A stretch of DNA of 34,840 nt from a virus (Duplodnaviria; Caudoviricetes), in IMG/VR virus record IMGVR_UViG_3300045837_000056, positions 1-34,840 of that record; one strand, written 5' to 3'. Made by a program: the position numbers and the translations under genes. Of the stretch, positions 25,721 to 34,602 are shown one piece after another. The notes below the pieces were generated by a model. That model was not told where the DNA came from, did not search any database, and worked only from the letters and a program-made list of their open reading frames with translations. Within the stretch, counting starts at the first letter, position 1. Every line of letters starts with the position of its first letter.

Positions 25721-26091
25721 GCTGGCACCTTCCCCGTCCCAGAAAACTCCGGGTCAACCAAACGCAAATTGTGCACCAGATTGTCGTGCGTCAAAATGTC
25801 TCGGAGAGCAAAGAGTCCCATGATAAAGAGTTGTTTGCAGTGATCCATAAAATCAAACGACTCCTCCTGGTCGCCCTCGCAGGGCAGGATGGCAACATAT
25901 GTGTGGTGCAGCTTAGCGTCGGGGACTTCCCAGAAGTTGTAATCGCGTGGCGCAAAAAGAATCCAGCAGCGCCCATCCAGTTCTGGCTGCCGAGGCAGCT
26001 TCCAAGGCTTGACCCCGCAAATAATCGACTCAGCGCAGCGCTGCTCCATCCATTTTTCAAACTCCTGAATCTGCTCCGTTCGATCTTTCAT
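25717..26091 (-). CDS. Hypothetical protein (AT-richer)
   Basis: 124 aa; AAAGGAG RBS. Confidence 0.65.
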   Translation of the reverse strand: MKDRTEQIQEFEKWMEQRCAESIICGVKPWKLPRQPELDGRCWILFAPRDYNFWEVPDAKLHHTYVAILPCEGDQEESFDFMDHCKQLFIMGLFALRDILTHDNLVHNLRLVDPEFSGTGKVPA

Positions 26092-26102
26092 CGCTCTCTC
26101 CT

Positions 26103-27884
26103 TTAAGCTGGCACTTTGAGTTGGCCATTGGACTCTGCCCCACCGAGCGCATTACCCATCATGCGCTGGGTCGCCTCATACGCCTGGTCCGTCCTTCCCG
26201 AGCGGCTGATGCGCTCATACGAGCGCTTCGTCTGCGGCGCGGCCGAGGGACCATCCGCGCCCGCGCCCGAGGGACTGTCCATCGGAGGCGGGGCGGCGAC
26301 CGTCAGCACTTCCTCCAAATCCGGGTCGTCCGAGTAGCGGCCGATCTTCTGGAGCATCTTGTTTAGGTCCAGCGACACGCCTTGCTGCTGCATGAGGCCC
26401 GCCAGCGGAATGTACATCTGCGTGATCGTCTGCATCAGCGTTTGCAGCCGGCTCTGCGGCGTCTGGTAGACCAGCGAGTACGGATCAATCCGCACGTCCA
26501 TCTCCTCAAACGGCACCTGCTGCCGCTGCTGCGGAGTGACGCTCCGTGTAAACGCCACGCCGCCCGTGTCGGGAATCACATGCCGCGTGCGCATCACCTG
26601 GGTCGGGTGGTGGTGGTGGAACCACAGGAGCGACTTGAGGACCGACACGGTGAACGACATGGTGCTGTTCTGCATCGCCGCCATCGCCGCCGAGGCGTTT
26701 TGCGCCAGCAGTTCATCCTGACTGGCGGTTTTCGATTGCGGAGATAAGCCCCCGAGCATGTCCAGGTTTCCACCGAGCCAGGAGAAGATGTCCTTGCCGG
26801 TCATGAACATCTGGAAGTTGTTTTGGTTGGGACCGTTCCACGGAACCACCTGAATGGCGCTGGGGTCATCGACCTTCGTGAATTCCATGTCGTCCGTCTT
26901 GAGGACGCGCGTGCCGTCCTCGCTCGCGGAGCCCTTGACGAGGCCGATGTTCTTCTGGTTGTCCGCTTGCCGCATCAATTTCCGGTAGGTGCGATTGAGG
27001 AACAGGTGCAGGTCGTACAGGTCCAGCTTCGGCCCCTTGCCCATCCAGTTGCCGGGCACGAGGCCATACTGGAGCAGGTGATAGGGACCGCAGGCGGGAC
27101 CGAGCCAGCGCTGCACGCGCAGGGGCTTTCCGCGCGGGCCACTGAGCCACTGGTCCTCGAACGTGACCACCAGCTTGTGGCGCGGAAGATAAATTTCCCA
27201 GAGGTCGGCCATGTCCTCGAACTCGGCCACGTTCCCCGCCAGGTACGTGCGGCCGAGGGTGGAGATGCGTTCGTCCCCTTCGGGGTTGATGTACTCGTCG
27301 TCCGAGGGGGTGAGGTTCTGGCGGTCCCTGGAGAACTGCTTGAACTTTCGGAGCACGTCGATGGGCGCGCGATACCGATGCCCCATGAAGGAGAACTGCG
27401 AGGGGTGGCGCGCGTGCGGGTCGCATACCCAGTCGTCGGGATCGACGTATTCGGCGTAGGGCTGTCCGGCCTGCATTTGCCAGCCGGTCATGGCGGCATC
27501 GGACGGAGTGGCCAGGGCGACCTTGCAGACCCCGAAAAAGCAGAGCGCGTCCAGCACGCAGCGCTGGAACGTCTCGGCAATGTTCATCCGCTCCAGCTCG
27601 GGGTTGATCCAGTCCTGCTCGACGGCCACCACTGGCTTGTCGGCCGGCTTGAACGTCGAGAGCATACAGCGCGGGTTCTTGCCGACGAGCGCCGGCACGA
27701 CGATGCGGTTGTAGAGGCCCAGGAGGTTGATGGGAGTGGGCTTGCGGTCGGATTCTTCGGACCAGTATTTGCCGACTTCGGCGCGGGTGATTTCGCGGCG
27801 GCACTCGCGCGGATAGCGCAAGACGAGCCGCGCGTGCTGCACGCTTTTAGCGAGCCGGTCCCAGAAGTCGGCGTTAAGCGGCAC
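26103..27884 (-). CDS. Portal protein (P22-like)
   Basis: 593 aa after TerL; PINLLGLY, YVDPDDWVCDP, LGGNLDMLGGLSPQSKTASQDELL, IDPYS segments. Confidence 0.85.
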   Translation of the reverse strand: MPLNADFWDRLAKSVQHARLVLRYPRECRREITRAEVGKYWSEESDRKPTPINLLGLYNRIVVPALVGKNPRCMLSTFKPADKPVVAVEQDWINPELERMNIAETFQRCVLDALCFFGVCKVALATPSDAAMTGWQMQAGQPYAEYVDPDDWVCDPHARHPSQFSFMGHRYRAPIDVLRKFKQFSRDRQNLTPSDDEYINPEGDERISTLGRTYLAGNVAEFEDMADLWEIYLPRHKLVVTFEDQWLSGPRGKPLRVQRWLGPACGPYHLLQYGLVPGNWMGKGPKLDLYDLHLFLNRTYRKLMRQADNQKNIGLVKGSASEDGTRVLKTDDMEFTKVDDPSAIQVVPWNGPNQNNFQMFMTGKDIFSWLGGNLDMLGGLSPQSKTASQDELLAQNASAAMAAMQNSTMSFTVSVLKSLLWFHHHHPTQVMRTRHVIPDTGGVAFTRSVTPQQRQQVPFEEMDVRIDPYSLVYQTPQSRLQTLMQTITQMYIPLAGLMQQQGVSLDLNKMLQKIGRYSDDPDLEEVLTVAAPPPMDSPSGAGADGPSAAPQTKRSYERISRSGRTDQAYEATQRMMGNALGGAESNGQLKVPA

Positions 27885-28014
27885 CCACGGCGCACTTCCT
27901 AGCTCTCTTCGATCACAATAGGTTCGTCGGCTTCTCCGATCAGATCGGCAAAGCGCTCGGGCAATTCACTGAGCGGAGCACAGAGGAAGCGAATAACCTT
28001 GACCCAGTGGGCGT

Positions 28015-29859
28015 CTAGCTCGCCTCCATCTCCTGCTGCTCCCGGTGCCACTGGCGTCTCCATTCGAGACTGAGGATGGCCGGCCCCTTGGGGGCGGGCG
28101 GCTCTGCGACCAATGTACCAAGAGCGTCCATCATCTTCCATGCCAGCGCGTCGGCAATCACCCGGTCGGCGTGGTTGACGCGCGCGCCCGAGGGGTCGTC
28201 CTTGCTCTTGGCCTGCGCATGGGTGATGCTGCCCTGCTCGTCGTACTTGAACAGCAAACACTCCAGGAGCGCCAGCTTGGAGCGGTTCAGGAAACGCCGT
28301 TCGCGCAGCGCGGCGAGGTAGGAGCCGATGACCGCCGCGATGCTGTTGGGAGTATGTGCCCAGCCGGGGACCGCGCCGCGTGCCAGGCGTGCCGAGGGCA
28401 CTTCCGGCTCGCGGTAGTAGATGTGCCCGTAGCCCAGCTCCGCGACTTTCTGCCCGAAGTTCTCTCCGGGCCCGTGGGCTTCCCAGCACAGCCGCGCGCC
28501 CGTGCCTTCCTGGTCCTTGAACAGCCAGCACAAGGCCACCGCCAGGTCCGCGAAATCGCGCGGCGCGATCGTCGCGTCGGCATACTCGGCCACCTTGTCC
28601 CCCGTGTCCGCCGAGCCAATGGTCAAACAGGAAGGAGTCGCCCCGATGCCCGTGGCGGTGTCCGCGCCAGCGCCGTAGCGCCCAAAGGGCGGACGGCCGG
28701 CTTGCAGGTGGACCCAGAGGCGCAGCTTGCCGCCCTTGCGCTGGACCAGCTTGATCGGCCGGCCGTGATCGTGGAGCAAGTCGCCTTCCCAGTAGGGTTC
28801 GCAGCAGTATTCGCGCACGAGGCTGTAGATGAGCAGGGGGTCAAAGACCTGGCTGACCGAGCCGGCCGGGTCGATGTCCAGCTCCATCGCCACGCCCCGC
28901 GCCTGCCCGATGTCCTGCACCTTCCGGTCATACCACGGACTCCGCACTCCCGGCCGTGGCCCGCCCGTGGGCGAGCCGTCCAGCACAAAGTCGTAGCCGG
29001 TCAGGTCGAGGGATTGATCGAGCAGCGTCACGCGGCCCTTGTCATCGACCTGGTAGAGCCCCTTGCGCTTCTCGGGGTGCCGCGACCAGTGGGCGACGAT
29101 CTTGTTAATTTCCGGTTCCTTGGTCAGCCGGTAGAACTCCGTGCCCATGCCGATGTGCGTGCCGTTGAAGAAACGGCAGTCGGCCGTGCTGGCGGTCCTT
29201 TGCCGCACTTCCACGTCCTCCCGGATTTGCGAGAACTCGTCCACGAAGATGACCGTGGCGCGACCGCCCACGCCCGCGCGTCCGGTACTGGCCTCGCCGG
29301 CGATCTCCGAGCCGGTGCGTTTGAAGCCGAAGAACAACTTGAGTTCTTCAATCTCGCCGCGCAGCCAGGCCGGAAGGTGCTGGTGCATGAAGCGGATTTT
29401 CCAGAACAGGCTGTTGGCGCTTTTACTGTCCACCGCATCGGTGGAGCGCGAGATGTTGAGCGCCTGCACGTTCTCTTGAAAGAGGCACAGCCAGTCCTGG
29501 AAAATGAGGAACAGCCACGAGAAGCCCATTTCGCGGGATTTCTCGCACACCGTCGTCTTGTCGTTCTCGTAGGTCCAGAGGATGCCCTTGAACCCATATT
29601 CATTGTCGGGCCGGGCCAGCAAAATCTCTTCCTGGAAGTCCCAGGTGATGAAGGGGCCGATGCGGCCGGTTTTCTTGAGGGGGTTGAACTGCCACACACA
29701 GAGGTTGATGTAGGCCACGAGGTCGCGCTGAAAGAGCAGCCAGAAGCCGCGCTGCAAGTTGGGATTGCCCGCACAGGCGCGGTAGAACGCCAGCCGCAGG
29801 CGGACGTTCTGGACGGGGTCTTTGGGGATGAGTTTATGGAACTGCCCGGGGCTTAGCAC
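28015..29859 (-). CDS. terL: Terminase large subunit
   Basis: Walker A-like EKSREMGFSW and Walker B IFVDEF; RNase H-like nuclease motifs GADTATG, CWEAHGPG, HADRVIADALA. Confidence 0.9.
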   Translation of the reverse strand: MLSPGQFHKLIPKDPVQNVRLRLAFYRACAGNPNLQRGFWLLFQRDLVAYINLCVWQFNPLKKTGRIGPFITWDFQEEILLARPDNEYGFKGILWTYENDKTTVCEKSREMGFSWLFLIFQDWLCLFQENVQALNISRSTDAVDSKSANSLFWKIRFMHQHLPAWLRGEIEELKLFFGFKRTGSEIAGEASTGRAGVGGRATVIFVDEFSQIREDVEVRQRTASTADCRFFNGTHIGMGTEFYRLTKEPEINKIVAHWSRHPEKRKGLYQVDDKGRVTLLDQSLDLTGYDFVLDGSPTGGPRPGVRSPWYDRKVQDIGQARGVAMELDIDPAGSVSQVFDPLLIYSLVREYCCEPYWEGDLLHDHGRPIKLVQRKGGKLRLWVHLQAGRPPFGRYGAGADTATGIGATPSCLTIGSADTGDKVAEYADATIAPRDFADLAVALCWLFKDQEGTGARLCWEAHGPGENFGQKVAELGYGHIYYREPEVPSARLARGAVPGWAHTPNSIAAVIGSYLAALRERRFLNRSKLALLECLLFKYDEQGSITHAQAKSKDDPSGARVNHADRVIADALAWKMMDALGTLVAEPPAPKGPAILSLEWRRQWHREQQEMEAS

Positions 29860-29872
29860 CTCGGCTCACTGA

Positions 29873-30088
29873 CTAGCTCTTTCGGTCCTTTTCTATCACC
29901 CTAATCCAGTTGCCGCGTGAAAACGCCGCCGTCACCATATCCGCAAAGAGAATTACCAGATCGCCACCGTCGTTCACCTTGATCGCGTTGCCGCAAATGT
30001 GAAGCAATGTGGGTGTAACCGGGAATGCTTGAGTGGCAATCCCATAGGGCGTCGGCGTGTTATGTACTGAGACTTCGTAAGTATTCAT
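29873..30088 (-). CDS. Hypothetical protein (71 aa)
   Basis: ATGA coupling at 30088; ...DGGDLVIL...AAFSRGNWIRV. Confidence 0.65.
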   Translation of the reverse strand: MNTYEVSVHNTPTPYGIATQAFPVTPTLLHICGNAIKVNDGGDLVILFADMVTAAFSRGNWIRVIEKDRKS

Positions 30089-30423
30089 GCCTGCTCCACA
30101 TTCTCCACCAGCCACTTCTCGGCCAGTTTCACGCATTCCTCGTCGGAAAGCGGCCCATGCCCCGTGGCCGCCGCCACTTGCGAGGCGAGGTCATGGCATT
30201 TCTTGTCGAGGTCGGCCACGGTTTCCTTGGCGCGGGCAAGCTGGTCCTTCAGGTGCTCCAGCCGCTTCTTCTCGGCCGCGTCCTCGCGCCGCAAGATGCG
30301 GTCCAGAAACGCGGTGGGGTTCTTGTCGTACAGGTCTTTGAGATGCGCGCCCAGCTTGCCCTTGATCTCCACCCCATCGGCAATGCTGCGCATCAACTCC
30401 ACGAGCGGTCGTCGGCGGGGCAT
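30085..30423 (-). CDS. Candidate terminase small subunit / coiled-coil protein
   Basis: 112 aa; TGATG coupling; helical, LYDKNPTAFLDRI; two genes upstream of TerL. The assignment is positional only. Confidence 0.4.
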   Translation of the reverse strand: MPRRRPLVELMRSIADGVEIKGKLGAHLKDLYDKNPTAFLDRILRREDAAEKKRLEHLKDQLARAKETVADLDKKCHDLASQVAAATGHGPLSDEECVKLAEKWLVENVEQA

Positions 30424-30767
30424 CAGCAGCACTCCCCAATAACCTTGCGAATATTCTCACAACGCCCACCCGCCGCCAACTCCTGCTCCACCGCCGCAAT
30501 CGCCCGCCGCTTCACTTCTTCCGCGACGGCAGCGCCCGCACGCTCCCAGGCCGAGGAATTCGTGATTCGCTTCAAACCATCGTACTGGTCGTATGCCTTG
30601 AACGCCTCAAAGGCAATGCCCCCCAGCGTCGGCTCCTTCCACGCCCGCGCGGCACGGGCAGCGGATTCCCAGGCGCGCTTGTTCGTGTCTGACGTGTTGG
30701 CCCACGCTCCATCCGTTGTTGGTGGCGAACCGTGGTACGCCTCATACGCTGCCTGTCCTGCCGTCAT
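30423..30767 (-). CDS. Hypothetical protein with internal duplication
   Basis: 114 aa; TAGQAAYEAY...AWESAA and TLGGIAFEAF...AWERAG; GGAGG RBS. Confidence 0.7.
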   Translation of the reverse strand: MTAGQAAYEAYHGSPPTTDGAWANTSDTNKRAWESAARAARAWKEPTLGGIAFEAFKAYDQYDGLKRITNSSAWERAGAAVAEEVKRRAIAAVEQELAAGGRCENIRKVIGECC

Positions 30768-30980
30768 TCACCACCTCCACGTATGGAAGAGAAAAAGCAC
30801 GTTCGCCAGGATGCTCACCGCCGCGATGAGAAACCAGAGCGCCGCCCGTTTCTGGTAAATCTCCGTGTCCGCATACCACTTGTCCAGTTGCTCATCCATC
30901 AGCTTGGCATAGCCCTCATGGATGCCGTCCACCAGCTTTTTGTATTCGTCATGCACGTAATCCAGTTCTGCCGATGTCAT
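30768..30980 (-). CDS. Small protein with C-terminal TM helix
   Basis: 70 aa; AALWFLIAAVSILANVLFLF. Confidence 0.65.
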   Translation of the reverse strand: MTSAELDYVHDEYKKLVDGIHEGYAKLMDEQLDKWYADTEIYQKRAALWFLIAAVSILANVLFLFHTWRW

Positions 30981-31316
30981 TCACCACCCCCTACACCGGG
31001 GACACGTCCCGATGCCAATGCGCGAACACCGCTCACACAGGGTCGGGCGAAGCGGGGCTACCGGGCCAGCAGCCACCCCAGTGCGAACCCCATGCCCGTG
31101 ACCAGAAGTATTGACATCATCACCACCCACGGCACGGGTTCCCCCTCCTCGTCTGTCATCTGCCACCCCCTCTCGCGGCACCGCCGCCTCCAACTTCTCC
31201 TCAATCACCCGCCTAAGATACTCCGACGCCGACACCCCCAGCGCCGACGCCTTGCCATGCAAGTTCTCCCGCGCCGTCTCCGACAGCCGTATCTGAAACT
31301 TCACCGGCTTGGTCAT
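30981..31316 (-). CDS. Ribbon-helix-helix DNA-binding protein with C-terminal CxxC-CxxC Zn finger
   Basis: ATGA coupling at 31316. MTKPVKFQIRLSETARENLHGKASALGVSASEYLRRVIEEKL follows the Arc/CopG pattern; tail CERC...CPRC. Confidence 0.75.
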   Translation of the reverse strand: MTKPVKFQIRLSETARENLHGKASALGVSASEYLRRVIEEKLEAAVPREGVADDRRGGGTRAVGGDDVNTSGHGHGVRTGVAAGPVAPLRPTLCERCSRIGIGTCPRCRGW

Positions 31317-31492
31317 TCCACCACCACGTCCGGCTCTGGGTCGAACAGTCCCGCTTCTTCCAGCATCTTCATCGCCTCGGGCGTGATGCTGAATATCGGC
31401 GTACCCCACGTAATACCGTAGAACGCCTTTTCCTCGTCTGGGTCAAAGTTCGGCTCCCAGACCACCGGCACACTTTTGAAACACTTAGCCAT
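31313..31492 (-). CDS. Small acidic hypothetical protein (59 aa)
   Basis: MAKCFKSVPVVWEPNFDPDEEKAFYGITWG...; coupled at both ends. Confidence 0.6.
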   Translation of the reverse strand: MAKCFKSVPVVWEPNFDPDEEKAFYGITWGTPIFSITPEAMKMLEEAGLFDPEPDVVVE

Positions 31493-31859
31493 GTTCCACG
31501 TTCTCCCTGTACCAGCGGTCGGCTTCCACCAGGGCAGTGAAGGGGTCGGGCCAAGACGCCTCCTTGCCTGTGACGGACTCGTAAGCCTTCCAAGGAAAGC
31601 CCGCGTCCTCTTCCGCAAGGCAAAAGGGCACCGTCCACTCGTCGCCGCGAGTAACCGCATACCAGCCCCGCCGCATCATCACATCAAAGGCGTTACGGGC
31701 CAAGGCGATGAACTTGGCCTCATCCTCATTGTGACCGCCCTCGTCGTAAATGGTCATCGAGGAGTAGTCCGGCACATCGCCGTCCCCTACCACCACCGGC
31801 CCATGAACGTAGCAGCCATCCGAGGTCCACGGTGCCGGCGCTAGCTTCGATAGGTCCAT
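31485..31859 (-). CDS. Tandem paralog 2 (Ead/Ea22-like PAPW...FIALA pattern), 124 aa
   Basis: TGATG coupling at 31859; MDLSKLAPAPW...ALARNAFDVMMRRGW...WPDPFTALVEADRW. Confidence 0.75.
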   Translation of the reverse strand: MDLSKLAPAPWTSDGCYVHGPVVVGDGDVPDYSSMTIYDEGGHNEDEAKFIALARNAFDVMMRRGWYAVTRGDEWTVPFCLAEEDAGFPWKAYESVTGKEASWPDPFTALVEADRWYRENVEHG

Positions 31860-32251
31860 CACCCATCCCTCCCATACTTCGTCTCCCGAATGTTCTCCTT
31901 CATCCAGCGGTCGGCTTCCACCAGGGCGGTGAAGGGGTCGGGCCAGCCTAAATGGCGTGCCCAAAAAGCCTTGATGGCGTCTTTGCCAGCCCCCGCCATC
32001 GTAACGTGCCAGAGATCGCCCAGCTTCACCGGATGCCACCCCCGCCGCATCATCACGTCAAAGGCGTTACGGGCCAAGGCGACGAAAGCCAATGTGTCAA
32101 AGCTAATGGCGTCGGGTTTGTATGGGTTCTCAGGCGATTTATCGACTGCTGACGCCCAATAGGGAAGCGCCCCCTTGTCACCGTCAAACCAGATAGGCCA
32201 GCCGTCATCCCCAAGCAGCCACGGTGCCGGCGTCAGCTTCGATAGGTCCAT
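31859..32251 (-). CDS. Tandem paralog 1, 130 aa; first gene of the leftward operon
   Basis: AAGGGGGAG RBS and ATG 32251; same three conserved blocks as paralog 2. Confidence 0.75.
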   Translation of the reverse strand: MDLSKLTPAPWLLGDDGWPIWFDGDKGALPYWASAVDKSPENPYKPDAISFDTLAFVALARNAFDVMMRRGWHPVKLGDLWHVTMAGAGKDAIKAFWARHLGWPDPFTALVEADRWMKENIRETKYGRDG

Positions 32252-32262
32252 CCGCTCCCCCT

Positions 32263-32288
32263 TGTCATGACACATCTCTGTCATGACA
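32263..32288. promoter_or_regulatory. Two perfect TGTCATGACA palindromes (operator candidates)
   Basis: Copies at 32263-32272 and 32279-32288, lying between two TTGACG hexamers (minus strand) and the RBS of the first operon gene. Confidence 0.6.
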
Positions 32289-32543
32289 TATACACCCGTC
32301 AACCTCCTCCGTCAAGGAGACACCCCCCGGGTCGGGGCAAAACCAGGGGGGAAGCGTGGAAATCACAGGACCGTGGAGGGGGGGATAGCCTATTTCGCGG
32401 ACCCGCGCGCGCCCCCCCGCGTCTGGCTCAAACCTGCACGGCTGTCCAGGTTCGGGGCCTGGTGGCCAGCTAGGTTAGCTGGACATCTATGGCCATAACC
32501 CCTTGCACGGCATGGGGATAAGGATACGGACAGGGACGGTCCA

Positions 32544-32583
32544 GGCAAACAGGGCGGAAACAGGGGGCAAACAGGGCGGAAAC
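32544..32583 (+). repeat. 18-bp direct repeat GGCAAACAGGGCGGAAAC x2 (22-bp period) in the G-rich strand-switch region
   Basis: Copies at 32544-32561 and 32566-32583. Confidence 0.8.
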
Positions 32584-32676
32584 GAGTGGTCAGGGTCGGC
32601 TGCTATTGGTAGAGGGGCGATGGTTGGGGTGACGGTGGGTTATCCCCTCCCCTCTCCTGTAAAGGGGGTTGTGGGC

Positions 32677-32871
32677 ATGTACTACTACGGCAAAGACTGG
32701 GGTTTGTTGCGTGCCATGTCTGGGCATCATGCAGATGGTAGGCCGGCGTTGTGCTTTGCTCCTTGTGTTCGCAAGGGGCTCCCTGACATGCACAAGGACT
32801 GGTTTTGCATCACGTTAGAGCGGTTCTTGCAAGAGCTGCGCTATGGTTCGCTGTGCCGTATCAATGCGTGA
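32677..32871 (+). CDS. Small hypothetical protein (64 aa)
   Basis: AAAGGGGG RBS; MYYYGKDWGLLRAM... Confidence 0.6.
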   Translation: MYYYGKDWGLLRAMSGHHADGRPALCFAPCVRKGLPDMHKDWFCITLERFLQELRYGSLCRINA

Positions 32872-33013
32872 TTCGTTCCGGGCAGCTCGGGGGGGCTTGC
32901 TCGTTGCGGCCTCTCCTCTGCCCTGCCCTGGCTTACGGATGTTCCTTCTGGTGTGTGGTGCGTTGCTGGGTATTGCCTGGGTAATGGCCTCTGAGCTTGG
33001 GGAGTGCTAAGCC

Positions 33014-33139
33014 ATGCGTCACCTGCTCTATCTCTGCTACTGCACGTTCGCCCTGATTGCGGATTGTGGACCCTGGGGAGTCTGCCGGCATTGTGACGGC
33101 AGCTCCCCGGATGCGCGGACGTACATTATTGTTCCTTGA
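33014..33139 (+). CDS. Small Cys-rich peptide (41 aa)
   Basis: GGGGAG RBS; MRHLLYLCYCTFALIADCGPWGVCRHCDGSSPDARTYIIVP. Confidence 0.45.
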   Translation: MRHLLYLCYCTFALIADCGPWGVCRHCDGSSPDARTYIIVP

Positions 33140-33153
33140 AAAGGGGTTGTGAC

Positions 33154-33357
33154 ATGTACAACGATTTGTGGCCAACGCGGCAGAAGATCGCCTATTACCG
33201 TGACCTCGTGCCGATCAACAGCGCGGCATTCCGCCAAGCCAGCGAATACCTCTGCCGGCAGCACATGAAATACTGCAACGAGGATATAGACGTGCTGCAA
33301 TCGCTCATTTGCACGTTCAATCGTTGGGAGCAACGGCACGGCACTGTGCGGCGCTAG
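33154..33357 (+). CDS. Small hypothetical protein (67 aa)
   Basis: AAAAGGGG RBS; initiation region resembles that of the 32677 gene. Confidence 0.6.
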   Translation: MYNDLWPTRQKIAYYRDLVPINSAAFRQASEYLCRQHMKYCNEDIDVLQSLICTFNRWEQRHGTVRR

Positions 33358-33437
33358 TCACGGTCCAGAGAAGAGGCTTGTTCGCCCCCTCTTTCGCCCT
33401 TGTTTCCCTGTTGTTTCGCCCCCTACTGGAGACTGCC

Positions 33438-33629
33438 ATGCAGCTCAAAACGCGCGACCATGAAGAGATCATGGCGTTCTTTGAACGGCTATACTCGCCG
33501 CGTTGCCCTTTGATGCGAGAACCCAAGGCGCAATGGCCACACGGCTACATCTACGCTAATGGCCAGATGAATGAACTGTTCCTGGCATTCCGGCACGGAG
33601 TAGCCTATGGCCGTGCGACCAATGAATAA
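33438..33629 (+). CDS. Small hypothetical phage protein (63 aa)
   Basis: GGAG RBS; MQLKTRDHEEIMAFFE...YANGQMNELFLAFRHG. Confidence 0.7.
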   Translation: MQLKTRDHEEIMAFFERLYSPRCPLMREPKAQWPHGYIYANGQMNELFLAFRHGVAYGRATNE

Positions 33630-33681
33630 TCGGCCCGGAGAAGAGGCATTCGCCCCCTACTGCGATCAAAGGAGAAAAACC

Positions 33682-34023
33682 ATGACCGATTGGAACACGG
33701 CGCGCTACAAATGCGCGGCCATTGCCCGGTTCAATCTCTCGGCCCGGGGCACGATTCAGACGATCAAAGACAAACAACTCTGGGCGGACTGGGCGCAGGA
33801 GATAGAATTAGCTGCCCATGCCGCAAAGAAGCAAGGGCTGCGCGGGCAGGACGTGTGGAATTTCTTTGCACGCTCGGCCTATGCGGCGCTCTCGGCAATG
33901 GGCTTCCGGCGCGCCTACCTCGGGAAGAAGAACGGCAATTCGATCAAGGGGAGCTGGGGCTGCCGCGAGCTGCCGGCCTCGGAAGTATGGCCCGAGAACA
34001 CGGACAACCTGGCGGTGGCGTGA
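33682..34023 (+). CDS. Hypothetical protein (113 aa)
   Basis: AAAGGAG RBS; ATG 33682. Confidence 0.7.
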   Translation: MTDWNTARYKCAAIARFNLSARGTIQTIKDKQLWADWAQEIELAAHAAKKQGLRGQDVWNFFARSAYAALSAMGFRRAYLGKKNGNSIKGSWGCRELPASEVWPENTDNLAVA

Positions 34024-34211
34024 TGAACCCGCAAGAGTTCCGAGACTTTGTGGCAACAATGGAGCGCTACGGCCGGTCCATGCGCGGCTATCGGCTGATC
34101 GTCAACATCAGCACGGAAAGCGTGGTGAACATCGGCAACATTGTTTGCTTGCACCCGCAAGAATATATCTTGTTGCCGCCGCGCATGGTTCCCGCGCCGC
34201 CATGCGCGTGA
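34023..34211 (+). CDS. Small hypothetical protein (62 aa)
   Basis: TGATG coupling; MNPQEFRDFVATMERYG... Confidence 0.6.
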   Translation: MNPQEFRDFVATMERYGRSMRGYRLIVNISTESVVNIGNIVCLHPQEYILLPPRMVPAPPCA

Positions 34212-34235
34212 CCGCTGCTATATACGGGGAGAACC
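34211..34235 (+). promoter_or_regulatory. Repeated promoter-like element, copy 1
   Basis: ACCGCTGCTATATACGGGGAGAACC; identical at 34603-34627; contains TGcTATATA (extended -10-like). Confidence 0.6.
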
Positions 34236-34261
34236 ACAACCAAACGAGAGGAGAACGAACG

Positions 34262-34552
34262 ATGAACGCTGAACAGCTCGTGAACACAGTTGAGAATGAC
34301 CGCGCCTACCATGAGCGCATGAGCAACCTTGCGGGGCTCTTGCGCGGGTTCATGGACACCGTGGCGCGGAGTGTCGCCAAGAGCAACGCCGCATGGCACG
34401 ATGACCCAGACGCGGACGATCATGCCGCCTTTCACGCGCCCGCCGAGCAGCAATTCCCGCGCGAAGTGCGCGACCAGGCGATTAAAGACCTTGTGGAGCT
34501 TCATTTGCAGCGCATGGCCGAGAATGATCGGCTCAGCGCTGCGCGTGAGTAA
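34262..34552 (+). CDS. Hypothetical protein (96 aa)
   Basis: GAGGAG RBS; MNAEQLVNTVENDRAYHERM... Confidence 0.7.
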   Translation: MNAEQLVNTVENDRAYHERMSNLAGLLRGFMDTVARSVAKSNAAWHDDPDADDHAAFHAPAEQQFPREVRDQAIKDLVELHLQRMAENDRLSAARE

Positions 34553-34594
34553 GGCTTTTCGCCCCTCTTGCCTGTTGCAAGAGGGGCCGGGGCG
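34553..34594 (+). repeat. 42-bp hairpin repeat, copy 1
   Basis: GGCTTTTC GCCCCTCTTGC CTGTT GCAAGAGGGGC CGGGGCG (11-bp stem); identical at 34782-34823. Confidence 0.85.
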
Positions 34595-34602
34595 TCGCGT
34601 GA

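Noticed and set aside
27899-28018. 39-codon open frame (LDAHWVKVIRFLC...) filling the terL-portal gap; possible frameshift extension of TerL
   Set aside because: No canonical start near its 5' end and no obvious slippery sequence; cannot be supported without homologues.
31485-32251. Diversity-generating retroelement TR/VR pair
   Set aside because: Differences are whole-segment replacements rather than adenine-specific substitutions, both copies are coding, and no reverse transcriptase is in the window.
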